Positions 10,061 through 19,660 of a stretch of DNA of 64,000 nt are shown here, piece by piece. The position numbers were made by a program, and so were the translations under genes. The notes beneath the pieces were generated by a model. The model was not told the DNA's origin, ran no database searches, and saw only the letters and a list, made by a program, of their open reading frames with translations. Source of the stretch: a virus; the IMG/VR virus record IMGVR_UViG_3300037499_000265, positions 63,506 through 127,505 of that record; one strand, 5' to 3'. The first letter of the stretch is position 1. Each line of letters opens with the position of its first letter.

Positions 10061-10144
10061 TCCACTGCCTCCCTAGATGCCGAACGACCCTGCCACTCAC
10101 AGCGTAGAGCAGCAAGGCCATTCGGTCATATCGACGAGGAAAGA

Positions 10145-10786
10145 CTAGCTTCCGACGACTACGTAGTCCTCGATACCGCTCGGGAAGGTGTCGGTACGGG
10201 CGTACTGGAACGGGCTGGCCGAAGTGAACGGCCAGTCGTCCCCCGGACCGTCGCCCCAGTCGGTGTTGCCGACACCCCACCCTTCGAAGGTGTTGGCGAG
10301 CATGCCGTTCTCCAACAGTCGTTCGCCGGCGAACCGCATCTGGGCGTACGGGAAGACCCACCACCAGTACGGGTTCGGACTGGCGAGCCGACCGTCCTCG
10401 ACCGCGCGAGACCAGATTTCCAACGACACGCCGAACGGTGTGGCGTCGACACCGACTGACGGGCCTTGGTAGCCGACGACCTCGGTACCGGTCTCCAGCA
10501 ACGTGCCGCCAGCGAGGATCTCGGAGAGTTCCGGCGACGGCGCGCAGATCTGCAGGGTGAAGACGACTCGCTTGAGCACGTCGGGCAGCTTGAAGTAGAC
10601 ACAGACCGAACCGTCTGCGGCCTTCTCCTCGACCTCGTCGCCCTCGGTGTACTCCGGGGTGAACCCGAGAGTCATGAACCGGCTGGTGACGTACGCCGAC
10701 TCAGCTCCTGGCAACGGCTCGCCAGAAACGGCCAGCTTGGACGCACGAAGAGCCAGTCCGCTGACACTGGCGGGACTTGCAGCCAT
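10145..10786 (-). CDS. Major tail (tube) protein
   Basis: TPEYTEGDEVEEKAADGSVC, SLEIWSRAV and YWWWVFP motifs of actinophage tube proteins. Confidence 0.8.
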   Translation of the reverse strand: MAASPASVSGLALRASKLAVSGEPLPGAESAYVTSRFMTLGFTPEYTEGDEVEEKAADGSVCVYFKLPDVLKRVVFTLQICAPSPELSEILAGGTLLETGTEVVGYQGPSVGVDATPFGVSLEIWSRAVEDGRLASPNPYWWWVFPYAQMRFAGERLLENGMLANTFEGWGVGNTDWGDGPGDDWPFTSASPFQYARTDTFPSGIEDYVVVGS

Positions 10787-10798
10787 ATCAAACTCCGA

Positions 10799-11536
10799 TC
10801 ATGATCCGATGACACCCAGACGAGCTAGGCACGGGTCGAATTGAATGAGCCCCATCCGGGTCCCCTCGGCGTACCGACGGTTCACCGTCCACTGCTCGTG
10901 GGTCAGGTTCTGGATGGAGCCGATGTAGATCTGGATCGGCCCGGTGACCGCGATGCCGTCGATCGGGTATGCCGGGTTGACCACGTACGGAACGTTGAGA
11001 ACACCCACGTCCAGTCCGAGCTGCAGAGCGGCGCCCATGCCGAGATGCAGGACAGGGTTCAGGTCCGGATGAGCCTCGAACGCGTCGGACAGCAACTCTG
11101 CGACAGCGGTCTTCGGGTCAACATCGAGAGCCGAGGTGGCGACGGCTCCAGAGGTGAGGAACAACTGATTGAACTGGTCGCCGCCCGAGCCGTCGGCCCA
11201 GTTGCTGTCACCGAACCAGAGCACCTGGCCGACCAGATGCTCCGTGGCCTGGTCGAACGCGGCGATCAACTCGCGAGGACCGTCGCCCGGCTCGCACCGG
11301 ACCGGGAACTTCTGTCGGGCGGCGATGGCGAACGGCAGGGCCAGGTATCCGAATCCCGACTCGTCGATGTCCCCGTCCGGAGGGATCTCAGGACAGATCT
11401 CGGCGAAGAAGAACTCCCGGCCGCAGGCCCACGCGTTGTACGCCAGGCCTAGGCCATGCAGTGGCCCGCCGTCGGTGTCGACGTCGGTCACCGCGATGGA
11501 GGGAACCTCCTTGCCGAGCAGACTCGCTGCGGTCAT
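10799..11536 (-). CDS. Capsid-associated (decoration-like) protein
   Basis: 245 aa directly after the major capsid gene; the call rests on position and a Gly/Ala-rich composition. Confidence 0.45.
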   Translation of the reverse strand: MTAASLLGKEVPSIAVTDVDTDGGPLHGLGLAYNAWACGREFFFAEICPEIPPDGDIDESGFGYLALPFAIAARQKFPVRCEPGDGPRELIAAFDQATEHLVGQVLWFGDSNWADGSGGDQFNQLFLTSGAVATSALDVDPKTAVAELLSDAFEAHPDLNPVLHLGMGAALQLGLDVGVLNVPYVVNPAYPIDGIAVTGPIQIYIGSIQNLTHEQWTVNRRYAEGTRMGLIQFDPCLARLGVIGS

Positions 11537-11588
11537 GGTTCCCTCCTCCCGTGCTTCTCGTTCAACGACTCGAACTCACTCGCGTTGC

Positions 11589-13316
11589 TTACGAGCCGGA
11601 CGGAGCGACGGTGCCGACCGTGGCACCCTCGATCAGGCTGACCTGGGTGACGGACAGTGCCTCGACACCGATCATCGCGACGCCCTCGAAGGTCTCCATG
11701 AAGACCTTGTAGTCGTTGGTCGAGACCAGGGCCGAGTCGCGGACCACGCCGATGTCCAGCGTCCCGCCGTCGAGGAATAGGAACGAGCCCTCGGCGAACA
11801 GGTGCCAGACGAACTCGTCCGGGTACTCCACCAGCGGAGCAGACCCCGCCTGGGCGTCGAACGGACCGTCCAGGTGCCAGGACACCCGAACGTTCTGGGC
11901 GGCCAGGAAGGCCTGGATCTGAGCGTCAGCGTAGGCGACGTTGTCATCGCCCGGCAGGCCCTGCGAGAAGTCCGTCCGCATCGCGTCGAGCACCCACTCG
12001 GGAGCGATGACACGAAGCGGCGTGGTCCGGCGCATACGGTGCCGGGACCGGTAGGCCGACGCGCCTCGGGCGATCGCGTTCAAGAAGTCCCGCCCGACAC
12101 CGAGCTTGGCCGCCGAGGTGACCGCCGTGGACAGCGCGCTCATCTTGGACAGCAGTTCCAGCTCGGCGAACCGGGCGTGCTGGACCAGGCCCAGCTCGTT
12201 GTTCCGGTTGACCAGCTCCGGGTAGGCCCGGGTCATGAAGTTGCCGAACTCGAGCTGGAGGGTCACCGCGTCGGACTCGGCGTCCACCTCGGCCGCGCAG
12301 GTGACCTTCAGCTCGGCCTTGACGGCCGTGCCGGGGCTGGCGTCGATGGTAGAGGTCCAGAGGCCCACCGCGTCCTCGAGATCGGTCAGCACCGGTGGCG
12401 TGACGAACCGGACACCGCCGCGAGAAGCGTTGAACATCATCAACGCGTCCCGGACCGGCCGGTCGACGACACCGAGGCCGAAGATGTCGTAGCGCACCGG
12501 CAGCGGAGCGCAGTACCCGCCGGAAGCGACCACGGCCTGCTCCAGCACCGCGTTGATCTTCCTGGCGTTGCCCTGGAAGTCGCCGTCGAGGATCCGGTCC
12601 TCGGGGTAGGACGCCATCACGGTGGCGACCGTGTGCTTCTCCCCGTCACCGCCCGCGGCGCGCTTGATGGCACGGATCCGCTGGGCGAACGCCTTGCCGA
12701 CGTCCTCAGCGGTCTTGAACGCAGAACCGGCCGAGGTGCCCTGCACGTCCATGCCGGCCAGAATCGCGGTCGGCATGCCCTGGGTAGTGGCGATGGGCTT
12801 GTTGTCCTCGGGGACTTCGATGGCTGTGTCGACGGAAGCGGAAGCGGTCACCGTCGTCTCCTCACTGGTGGTGGTGGTCTCAGCCTGCGCCTCCGCGCCC
12901 GCCGGGGCAGGATCGGATTCGGGTGGCTCTGATGCGTCAGCCGAGGCCGTGGTGGCGTCGGCCGGGGTAGGCGAGTCATCAGGCGCTGGCGCCGCAGGCT
13001 CGTCCGTCGTGGGTGTCGGATCGGTCGACGGCTCGTCCGTGCTGGCAGTCGTCGCTTCGACCGGAGCGGGCTCGTCCGCAGCAGCGGTCTCCTCGGCCGG
13101 AACGGAGTCGCCTCCGTCGGACTCAGTAGCGGCCGTCAAGGCATCCTTGCGACCGGTGAGTGTCTTCGTGGCGGCCAGGTACTCCTGCATCTCGGCGGCG
13201 TTCCCGGCCTCGTCGGCCTTGGTGAACGCTTCCTTCGCCGAAGCGATGAGGGCGTCGACCTGCTCTGCAGTCAGGGTGTCGAGATTCTCCAACCCCTGCT
13301 TGATCGGATCGATCAC
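11589..13316 (-). CDS. Major capsid protein with a long N-terminal scaffold-like extension
   Basis: GTG start with RBS. An N-terminal helical and acidic Pro/Thr linker of about 170 aa precedes ASGGYCAPLPVRYD...RGGVRF...FLFLDGGTLDIGVVRDSAL capsid motifs. Confidence 0.9.
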   Translation of the reverse strand: MIDPIKQGLENLDTLTAEQVDALIASAKEAFTKADEAGNAAEMQEYLAATKTLTGRKDALTAATESDGGDSVPAEETAAADEPAPVEATTASTDEPSTDPTPTTDEPAAPAPDDSPTPADATTASADASEPPESDPAPAGAEAQAETTTTSEETTVTASASVDTAIEVPEDNKPIATTQGMPTAILAGMDVQGTSAGSAFKTAEDVGKAFAQRIRAIKRAAGGDGEKHTVATVMASYPEDRILDGDFQGNARKINAVLEQAVVASGGYCAPLPVRYDIFGLGVVDRPVRDALMMFNASRGGVRFVTPPVLTDLEDAVGLWTSTIDASPGTAVKAELKVTCAAEVDAESDAVTLQLEFGNFMTRAYPELVNRNNELGLVQHARFAELELLSKMSALSTAVTSAAKLGVGRDFLNAIARGASAYRSRHRMRRTTPLRVIAPEWVLDAMRTDFSQGLPGDDNVAYADAQIQAFLAAQNVRVSWHLDGPFDAQAGSAPLVEYPDEFVWHLFAEGSFLFLDGGTLDIGVVRDSALVSTNDYKVFMETFEGVAMIGVEALSVTQVSLIEGATVGTVAPSGS

Positions 13317-13437
13317 GGCAAACCTCCGTGTTTACATCGGGTGTGACCACACGGAGGTACCGACGACGTGAAACGTCGAATCGATCGCTCACGCATACTC
13401 TCGCATGATCGGTGAGTTTTGTGCAACCTGCCGCGTT

Positions 13438-14301
13438 CTACTCGTTCCGGCTAGAAGCGGCGTGAACGTTGAAAACGATGCCGGCGGGTGTTTCCATACT
13501 CGAGATCGTGCCGACGGACGAGACCACTGACTCGAGCTTGGTAGTCTCTCCAGCCGTCTCCGTGCTCTCGGTACCGGCGATCTTGTCCTCGATCTTGGTG
13601 ATTCGAGTGTCCATGTCCGAGATCGCCGCAGCGATCGCCTCCTGCTGCCGCAGCTCGTACATGGCAGACGCACCGGCAGCGATGATGGCCTGCATCTGAC
13701 CGCCGGCCACCAGTGTCCGGGCCACCGGGAACCCCGGATGGTTGACCTGGCAGATCGCGACGAGTTCGTGCGAGCCGTTGATCGGGCGCCAGTCGCCGGA
13801 CGGCGCGGAGGCTCGCAACGCGCGGATCTGCTCCGCGCTCACACCGGGACGGATCGAACCGGCGATCCAGATGCCGTGAGCGTCCTCGCCGACATTGACG
13901 TCGGCGACCGCGGACGAGGTGTCGTCGTAGTGCTTGACGGCGTCCCCGGCACTCGCGGTCAGATCGTTGCAGTGTCCACCGGCGAGCGTGACCTGGCCGA
14001 CCGGGATCTCGTCGCCTTCCTTGGAGACCACCACGCCGGTCCGGAAGAACGCGTAGTTGCTCGCGCTGCGTGGCACTCGCTGGTACGGCATGCCGGTGTG
14101 CGTGGCGTCCCACGGCGCGATGTGACCGTAGACCCGGCCGTCGGCCTTGACGGCAATGGGGGTCTTACCCTGGAGACTCGGGTTCTGGAACCACGTCCGC
14201 GGCGGGAAGAGTAGGGCGTCGTCTCCGGCGGCCGTGATGGCCGAGACGATCTCGTCGGATCCGTCCGGAACGGTTTCGGTGTACATGCCGTCGGCGAGCA
14301 T
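13438..14301 (-). CDS. Head maturation protein (protease/scaffold-associated domain)
   Basis: GRVYGHIAPW...VPRSASNYAFF...GQVTLAGGH...SGDWRPINGSHELVAICQVNHPGFP, a domain commonly found just upstream of actinophage capsid genes. Confidence 0.7.
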   Translation of the reverse strand: MLADGMYTETVPDGSDEIVSAITAAGDDALLFPPRTWFQNPSLQGKTPIAVKADGRVYGHIAPWDATHTGMPYQRVPRSASNYAFFRTGVVVSKEGDEIPVGQVTLAGGHCNDLTASAGDAVKHYDDTSSAVADVNVGEDAHGIWIAGSIRPGVSAEQIRALRASAPSGDWRPINGSHELVAICQVNHPGFPVARTLVAGGQMQAIIAAGASAMYELRQQEAIAAAISDMDTRITKIEDKIAGTESTETAGETTKLESVVSSVGTISSMETPAGIVFNVHAASSRNE

Positions 14302-14337
14302 ATTCGCTCCTTGGTAATGCCCAACGGTGTCAACGGA

Positions 14338-16386
14338 TCAACTGATGCTCAACGGAATGTCAACGGCGTCGCCACCGAAGACGACGCGAATCTTGTCGAA
14401 TGTGATCGGTCCGACTCTGGACACCATATCGTCCATCGATACCGTATCGCGCCCATACGCGAGTGTCATATGAGGCACCCATGGATCGAACTGGGGTGGG
14501 ATCTCTGGGGCTGCCACCTCGGCCCTGGCCCGGTGAAGGTCCTCTTCAATGATGCTATGGACCCACGACAGCTCGTTGGTGTCGCCGATGGCGAGCACCC
14601 AGGCGGCGTCATCGCCGGCGTCGGGATTCCACAGGTTTGCCCCGAACACCTTCGCCTCGATCGTCGCCCCGTTGTCCAGATCGGATGAGATCACATCTCC
14701 AACAGTGGTCTTGACCCTGTTCGCAAGTCCAGCACGCTGTTCTGGCGTCCATGCGTCAGCATCCCCCAGGAAGAACAGAGTCAGGTGCAACTCCTCAGCA
14801 GACTCCCCACCCTCAATCACTAGACGTTCAGTATCTTCGGTGGTCGGCAGCAGGGCGATCATCCCACCGGTAGAAGTTGCCGCCGAGGCCTGCAGGGCGA
14901 ACGGTCGCTTGGTGATCGACGCTTTGAGTGTGCTGACACCCCGTCGATGAGCCTTGTCGCCGGTGTACATGCCGGTCATCTGCTTGTGCCGGAGCTGGCA
15001 GTAACCGGCTGCGCGAGGACCCAGATACTTGAACAGCTGACGATAGCACCGGCGCCAATCGCCATGTACACCCCAGCGGATCTTCAACGCGCCCTTGCCA
15101 CGGGTCCAGTAGCGACGGAGCCGGATCGCGCCAGGGTGGTACTTGCCGAGCGCCTCGCCCGGTCCGGCCGCGATCAGGCTCGGCTCGCGGTTCACGCCGT
15201 CCAGAGCGGTCTGGTACAACTCCCGGCGAGCCTTCAGCGCCGCCCAGTCCCGGAAGGTCTCGATGTCGGACACCAACGCCCGGTCCTTACGCCGACGGTC
15301 AGTCTTGGTGTCGTAGTCCTCGTCTTCATCATCATCATCATCGTCGTCGTCGTCGTCGTCGGTGTGGTACGCCCCGACCATGGCGATGACCTCGCCGAAC
15401 GTCCGGTCCATGGCGGCGGTGAAACCGTAGACATCCGGCAGATCGACGAGGCTGTCAGACGCCACCATGGTCGATGGTATGTAAATCGAACCAAAGTCGA
15501 TACTGTCGGCCCGCTCGAGCGCGTCTGCGGCGAGAGCCTCGTCCAGAAGGACCAGTCGAGGCCGCTCGAGCAGTTCTGCCGGTTCCCACCCGCCGGCGGC
15601 CCGGATAGACACCTCCGGACCGGGCTCGATACGAAGGACGGACCAGACCGCGGTGTCGTCGATATCGTCCACCGCGGCCGCGACGATCGAAGTCTCGACG
15701 TCATCGGGAAAGGCCGTCACGGTCATCCCGTCCGGCAAGAACATCAACGGGTCGCTGTAGACGAGCAGCAGCTTGTCACCGGATTTGACCGCTGCGACGA
15801 TCGCGGCGAGCATCCCCGAATCCGGTTCGACCGCCGGGTACGAACGCAGCACGGCCGCCTCAACGGCCTGCCACTCACGCTGGTCCGGATCCCATCGCTC
15901 GTACGAAGAGTCCTTGTTCCGGACCAGGTCTGTGACGATGTCCTCGTCCCCGGCCGCGCACAGCCCGAGATACGCGAAGGTATCCGGGTCGTAGGAGATC
16001 GAAGCGAGCAGGCCCTCATTCTCACGCTCGATCTGCTTGCCCAGCGAGGCCCGGAGGGACTCGCTCCACTGCCGGATAAGGTCCCCACCCGCGAGACTGG
16101 ACAGCACGAGGTCCCGGCTCGGATAGCCGCCCTCCCCCGGATTCCAGCCGGGGAGATGCTCGGTCGTCGGAGACACCTCGTCGACCAGGGTTGACAGACT
16201 CTCGACCTCGGATAGGTCCAGCCCGCTGCCGGAGGCCAGCATCGCCGCGGCGCGCTGATAGGGCTCGGGAACATTGACGTCGTAGGCCTTCGTCCAGCGC
16301 ACGCCCTGCAAGACCTCGGCGACGACACCGGCCGGAACCGGATACGTCCGCAGAGACCCTGTGGAGACGGCGATGACCTCAGACAC
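14338..16386 (-). CDS. Multidomain head-morphogenesis-region protein with a C-terminal 2H phosphoesterase
   Basis: Two HxT motifs (EELHLTLFFLG, WVPHMTLAYG). A central LRRYWTRGKGALKIRWG..GDWRRC..YCQLRHKQMTG domain and a poly-Asp linker are also present. Confidence 0.8.
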   Translation of the reverse strand: MSEVIAVSTGSLRTYPVPAGVVAEVLQGVRWTKAYDVNVPEPYQRAAAMLASGSGLDLSEVESLSTLVDEVSPTTEHLPGWNPGEGGYPSRDLVLSSLAGGDLIRQWSESLRASLGKQIERENEGLLASISYDPDTFAYLGLCAAGDEDIVTDLVRNKDSSYERWDPDQREWQAVEAAVLRSYPAVEPDSGMLAAIVAAVKSGDKLLLVYSDPLMFLPDGMTVTAFPDDVETSIVAAAVDDIDDTAVWSVLRIEPGPEVSIRAAGGWEPAELLERPRLVLLDEALAADALERADSIDFGSIYIPSTMVASDSLVDLPDVYGFTAAMDRTFGEVIAMVGAYHTDDDDDDDDDDDEDEDYDTKTDRRRKDRALVSDIETFRDWAALKARRELYQTALDGVNREPSLIAAGPGEALGKYHPGAIRLRRYWTRGKGALKIRWGVHGDWRRCYRQLFKYLGPRAAGYCQLRHKQMTGMYTGDKAHRRGVSTLKASITKRPFALQASAATSTGGMIALLPTTEDTERLVIEGGESAEELHLTLFFLGDADAWTPEQRAGLANRVKTTVGDVISSDLDNGATIEAKVFGANLWNPDAGDDAAWVLAIGDTNELSWVHSIIEEDLHRARAEVAAPEIPPQFDPWVPHMTLAYGRDTVSMDDMVSRVGPITFDKIRVVFGGDAVDIPLSIS

Positions 16387-16858
16387 TCAGCTGACCCATC
16401 TCCAGGCGCAGCATCTCGGTAGACAGCTGGTCGATGTCCACCACGTCGCCTTCCCCATCGGCCGAGGCTGTCTTGGCCTTCCAGGTGTCCGGCAGCATGC
16501 CAAGAGCACCCAGTGCTCGCGCCCGCTTGATGATGTGCCGACGAACCAGGGACTTGTCCTTGGTGGTGGTGTTCAGCCGGATGATGGCCCGGCGCAGCGC
16601 ATCCCGGTCCGGGATCGGGAACGAGCCGTCGGGCAGCGCGATGCCGCCCTTGGCGAAAGTCCGGCGCTGCTCGGCGGAGAAGAACCGACTGGCCGCGATC
16701 AACGACTCGGACAGGTCCCACTCGGCCGGGATCTGGTCCAGCTGACGAAGCGAATCGGCCTTCTTGATCACGTACCATTTGATCGACGGGTCCGAAGCGG
16801 CGGCCTCGATCGCGATCGACAGGTCATCGGTTGTGGCGACAGGTGGAATGAGATTCAT
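16379..16858 (-). CDS. DUF6582-like head-region protein
   Basis: RRTFAKGGIALPDGSFPIPDRDALRRAI...RRHIIKRARALG motif. Confidence 0.65.
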   Translation of the reverse strand: MNLIPPVATTDDLSIAIEAAASDPSIKWYVIKKADSLRQLDQIPAEWDLSESLIAASRFFSAEQRRTFAKGGIALPDGSFPIPDRDALRRAIIRLNTTTKDKSLVRRHIIKRARALGALGMLPDTWKAKTASADGEGDVVDIDQLSTEMLRLEMGQLSV

Positions 16859-16867
16859 GACGACTCC

Positions 16868-18553
16868 CTACGACGTCACTTCAACGGTGTCAACATCGCC
16901 CAAACCATCGGACTCGGCTTCGGCCGTGGTGATGGCGTCGCCAGGACCGAACGTCGCGTCCTGCGGAGCTGCGTTGGGCCTCAACGGTGCGCCTGCCGGC
17001 GTCGTCTTACCGAAGATCTCCGGCAGCACCTGGTGAAGGATATCGGCCTGCTCCACCGGCTGCAGGTTCTTGCCGACCTGATCGATCACCATCCGGAACG
17101 CGATCTCGGTCTGGGAGGGCGCGTCGGTGTCAGAGTACCCGTGCGCTCGCCGCCAGGCGTCGCCGGAGATCAGGTACTTGTCATAGCCCTCGTTGGCAGA
17201 CTCGGCCGCGTCGGTCTTGATGACGATCTCGGTCGGGTCGTACCAGACACACAGTTTTGCCAAGATTTCCGACGGTAGATCCCTGAACTTGGACTTGATC
17301 CGAGCTCGCAGGTAGGCCGAGGACAACGCGTCGCAGAGCATGACGGCCGACGGCTCGATATGGATCTTATAGAGGTCTTCATCGATGACGTTGGCATTGG
17401 TGTACCTGACCGAGTCCATGCCCGAAATCTTCTCTTTCGGGATGTTCAGGCCGTTGAGGATCCGCTCGAGCACGGTGTCGGCACGCTTGATGAGGAACTG
17501 GTCGGACTCCCGGGCGAACAACTTATGGATGATCTGCTTGCCCAGTTCTCCCGGACCCGAGATCACCAGCGGCACCACCGACGTACCTGCGGTCTCGTCG
17601 GTGACCGGAGTGGTCATCGCGTCGAACAGCTCCTCGACCAGGCTCTCGGTCTCATCCTCGGTCTGGTCCTTGTCCTCGGTGACGGAGTTGCCGGCCACCG
17701 ACAGACCGTCCGGAAGGAACAGGATGCCGGCGTTCATCCGGGACCGGGCGATGCCGCGGATCATCTGCTGAAGCGTGCGCAGTTCGCTGCACATCTCCAG
17801 CAGGGCGAGCATGGACGACGTCGGCTCTCTACTGAAACGCGCGTGCCGCTTCCAGATCCGGATCAGGGGGGTGGTCTTCGGCAGTTCCCGCCATGGCAGA
17901 CCGTGCGCAGCCCGCGACGTCCTCGCCTCTCGAAGAACGACTACACCGTCACCTTGACGAACAGTGATCTCCGACGTCGAACGGATGCTCCAGCGGTTGT
18001 CGATGAACGCCAGGTAGCACTCGCCGGGCACTGCGGTGTTGATCGTGAACACCCGCAGCAGCTCGGAAATCCCGCCGTAGCCAGACCCCAGTTCAACCAT
18101 GACCTGCTCGGCGTAGTCGAGGACCGCATCGGAGATCCCTTCCGGGATGTCCAAGCCCGCCTTCTCGTCGTAGGCCTCTTCATCCGGTGTCTGGTCGATC
18201 TTCCGCCGGCGCAGCTGGTTGACCGAGGCCGGCGGAGCGTCAGGGTCGATGTTGATCGCGGCATAAAGGCGCAATCGCGACATCACCGAACCAAGGATCT
18301 CGTGGCCGTAGTTGATCTCGCCGACACTGTCGCTATGCTCCCAGGCCTCGTTCTGCCATGCTCGCCACGGAGTGTCAGCGGCCTCAGCGGCCTCTTCCGG
18401 ATCGGACAAGTTGATCTTTTTGGCCGACGCGACGATGCCACGAATCGTGTTGGCCGGGGCGGGCTGAGCGACATAACCGCCGACGAGCTCGGCAAGATCG
18501 GTGACACTGGTCTTCCCGTTCGGGACACCCCGGATCATGTCTCGAAGAGCCAC
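16868..18553 (-). CDS. Portal protein
   Basis: 561 aa upstream of the head genes: WQNEAWE..DSVGEINY, IRIWKRHARFSREPTS, RSRMNAGILFLP, RILNGLNIP. Confidence 0.88.
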   Translation of the reverse strand: MALRDMIRGVPNGKTSVTDLAELVGGYVAQPAPANTIRGIVASAKKINLSDPEEAAEAADTPWRAWQNEAWEHSDSVGEINYGHEILGSVMSRLRLYAAINIDPDAPPASVNQLRRRKIDQTPDEEAYDEKAGLDIPEGISDAVLDYAEQVMVELGSGYGGISELLRVFTINTAVPGECYLAFIDNRWSIRSTSEITVRQGDGVVVLREARTSRAAHGLPWRELPKTTPLIRIWKRHARFSREPTSSMLALLEMCSELRTLQQMIRGIARSRMNAGILFLPDGLSVAGNSVTEDKDQTEDETESLVEELFDAMTTPVTDETAGTSVVPLVISGPGELGKQIIHKLFARESDQFLIKRADTVLERILNGLNIPKEKISGMDSVRYTNANVIDEDLYKIHIEPSAVMLCDALSSAYLRARIKSKFRDLPSEILAKLCVWYDPTEIVIKTDAAESANEGYDKYLISGDAWRRAHGYSDTDAPSQTEIAFRMVIDQVGKNLQPVEQADILHQVLPEIFGKTTPAGAPLRPNAAPQDATFGPGDAITTAEAESDGLGDVDTVEVTS

Positions 18554-18831
18554 CGTTTCGCCCCTTCGCCGAGAAGAATGGTTGCTTCAGATGCCGCCAG
18601 CGTATCTACCAGGACCTTTGGGAGCAATCCGCCCGTCACAACGAGCCCTGCCCAAACCGACAGACACTTCTCGCAGGTCAACAGATAGGTGAGCTTGTTC
18701 TCTTCTGGCGGCCACTTGTCGAAAGCCCACACTCGAGCGTCTTCGAAGATCTCGTCCTTGACGATCAGACGGACGATCCGCTTGGTCGCAAGAGCTTGTT
18801 TGATCACCGGCGCCGCCCTAGACCGGCACAA
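18535..18831 (-). CDS. DUF1360-like small membrane protein
   Basis: ALATKRIVRLIVKD and LLTCEKCLSVWAG (CxxC) motifs. Confidence 0.65.
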   Translation of the reverse strand: MCRSRAAPVIKQALATKRIVRLIVKDEIFEDARVWAFDKWPPEENKLTYLLTCEKCLSVWAGLVVTGGLLPKVLVDTLAASEATILLGEGAKRWLFET

Positions 18832-19492
18832 GTTGAGTCAGCGTGTCACGGGGCCTTTGAGGAACGGATCGGACTAACGTCCCAAACACCATGAAACACC
18901 GACAGTTAATCGTTAACTGGGGTGGAGCGGACCTATCGCCCGGATACCGCAGCTCTCCTCCGATCGTAACGAACACTCCGTCCAACGGACGTGTCCGACC
19001 CTCGAGCAGCCGGTGCGCTGTCCTTACTCGTTCATCGAGACGAGTACGCCAGGTCTTGGTCGAATAGCCCAGCCGTTCAGCCATGGCCAGCTGTACGACA
19101 GAACGAACCGTGGTGACCATAGATTCTGCGACGTGACGAAGACGCGTCATCCGTTCGACCGAACCTTGACCAGATAAGAACACTGGGTCGACCCGGCCAG
19201 CTTCTCGAAACACTTCGAGACCAGTTGCGGCAGCCATCGCGGCGATCTGATCACGTTCGGCCAGACTCAGCGGCTCGCCCGGCGCGTAACGCTCGGTCAG
19301 GTCGATGACAGTGTTGACGAAACCGGCGATCGAAGAACGAAAGACGAGGATGAGGATGGCGTCGTCTTCGTCTTCTGGTTCGTCCTCACTCCGCGCAGCG
19401 AGGTAAGTCGTCATGAGGATGATCAAAGCGTTCTCAGCGTCGTCGGAAGCACGTTCGAGATCTCGAGCGAAGACTTCCGGTTGCGTTGGCAT
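18818..19492 (-). CDS. MuF-like minor head protein
   Basis: KTWRTRLDERVRTAH...LRYPGDRSAPPQLTINCRC. The start at ATG 19492 (MPTQPE) is preferred over the track start of 19624. Confidence 0.85.
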   Translation of the reverse strand: MPTQPEVFARDLERASDDAENALIILMTTYLAARSEDEPEDEDDAILILVFRSSIAGFVNTVIDLTERYAPGEPLSLAERDQIAAMAAATGLEVFREAGRVDPVFLSGQGSVERMTRLRHVAESMVTTVRSVVQLAMAERLGYSTKTWRTRLDERVRTAHRLLEGRTRPLDGVFVTIGGELRYPGDRSAPPQLTINCRCFMVFGTLVRSVPQRPRDTLTQLVPV

Positions 19493-19530
19493 GACACCAC
19501 TGTAGGCGATCAGGTCATTGGAGTCGTCTG

Positions 19531-19559
19531 TAGACACTTGGATGAGAGTCTGATACTGT
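19531..19559 (+). promoter_or_regulatory. Sigma70-type promoter for the glycan cassette (TAGACA-N17-TACTGT)
   Basis: Matches the window-wide promoter family. It is followed by a leader stem TCCACCTCGAT/ATCGAGGTGGA (19568-19619). Confidence 0.75.
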
Positions 19560-19660
19560 AGGAGTTGTCCACCTCGATCAGAACGGCTCCGACATCCATG
19601 GAGGGCGCATCGAGGTGGAACCAAGATGCGGCTGTATCAGGAAACAGCTAGGCTGTCATC

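Noticed and set aside
10061-10144. Mini-ORF MTEWPCCSTL between the tube and adaptor genes
   Set aside because: It is only 10 codons with a weak RBS, and the adaptor has its own GGAGG-GTG start. There is no support for a frameshift.
15325-15362. (TCA/TCG)n microsatellite
   Set aside because: It encodes the poly-Asp linker of the 682-aa protein, with mixed codons and no sign of phase variation.
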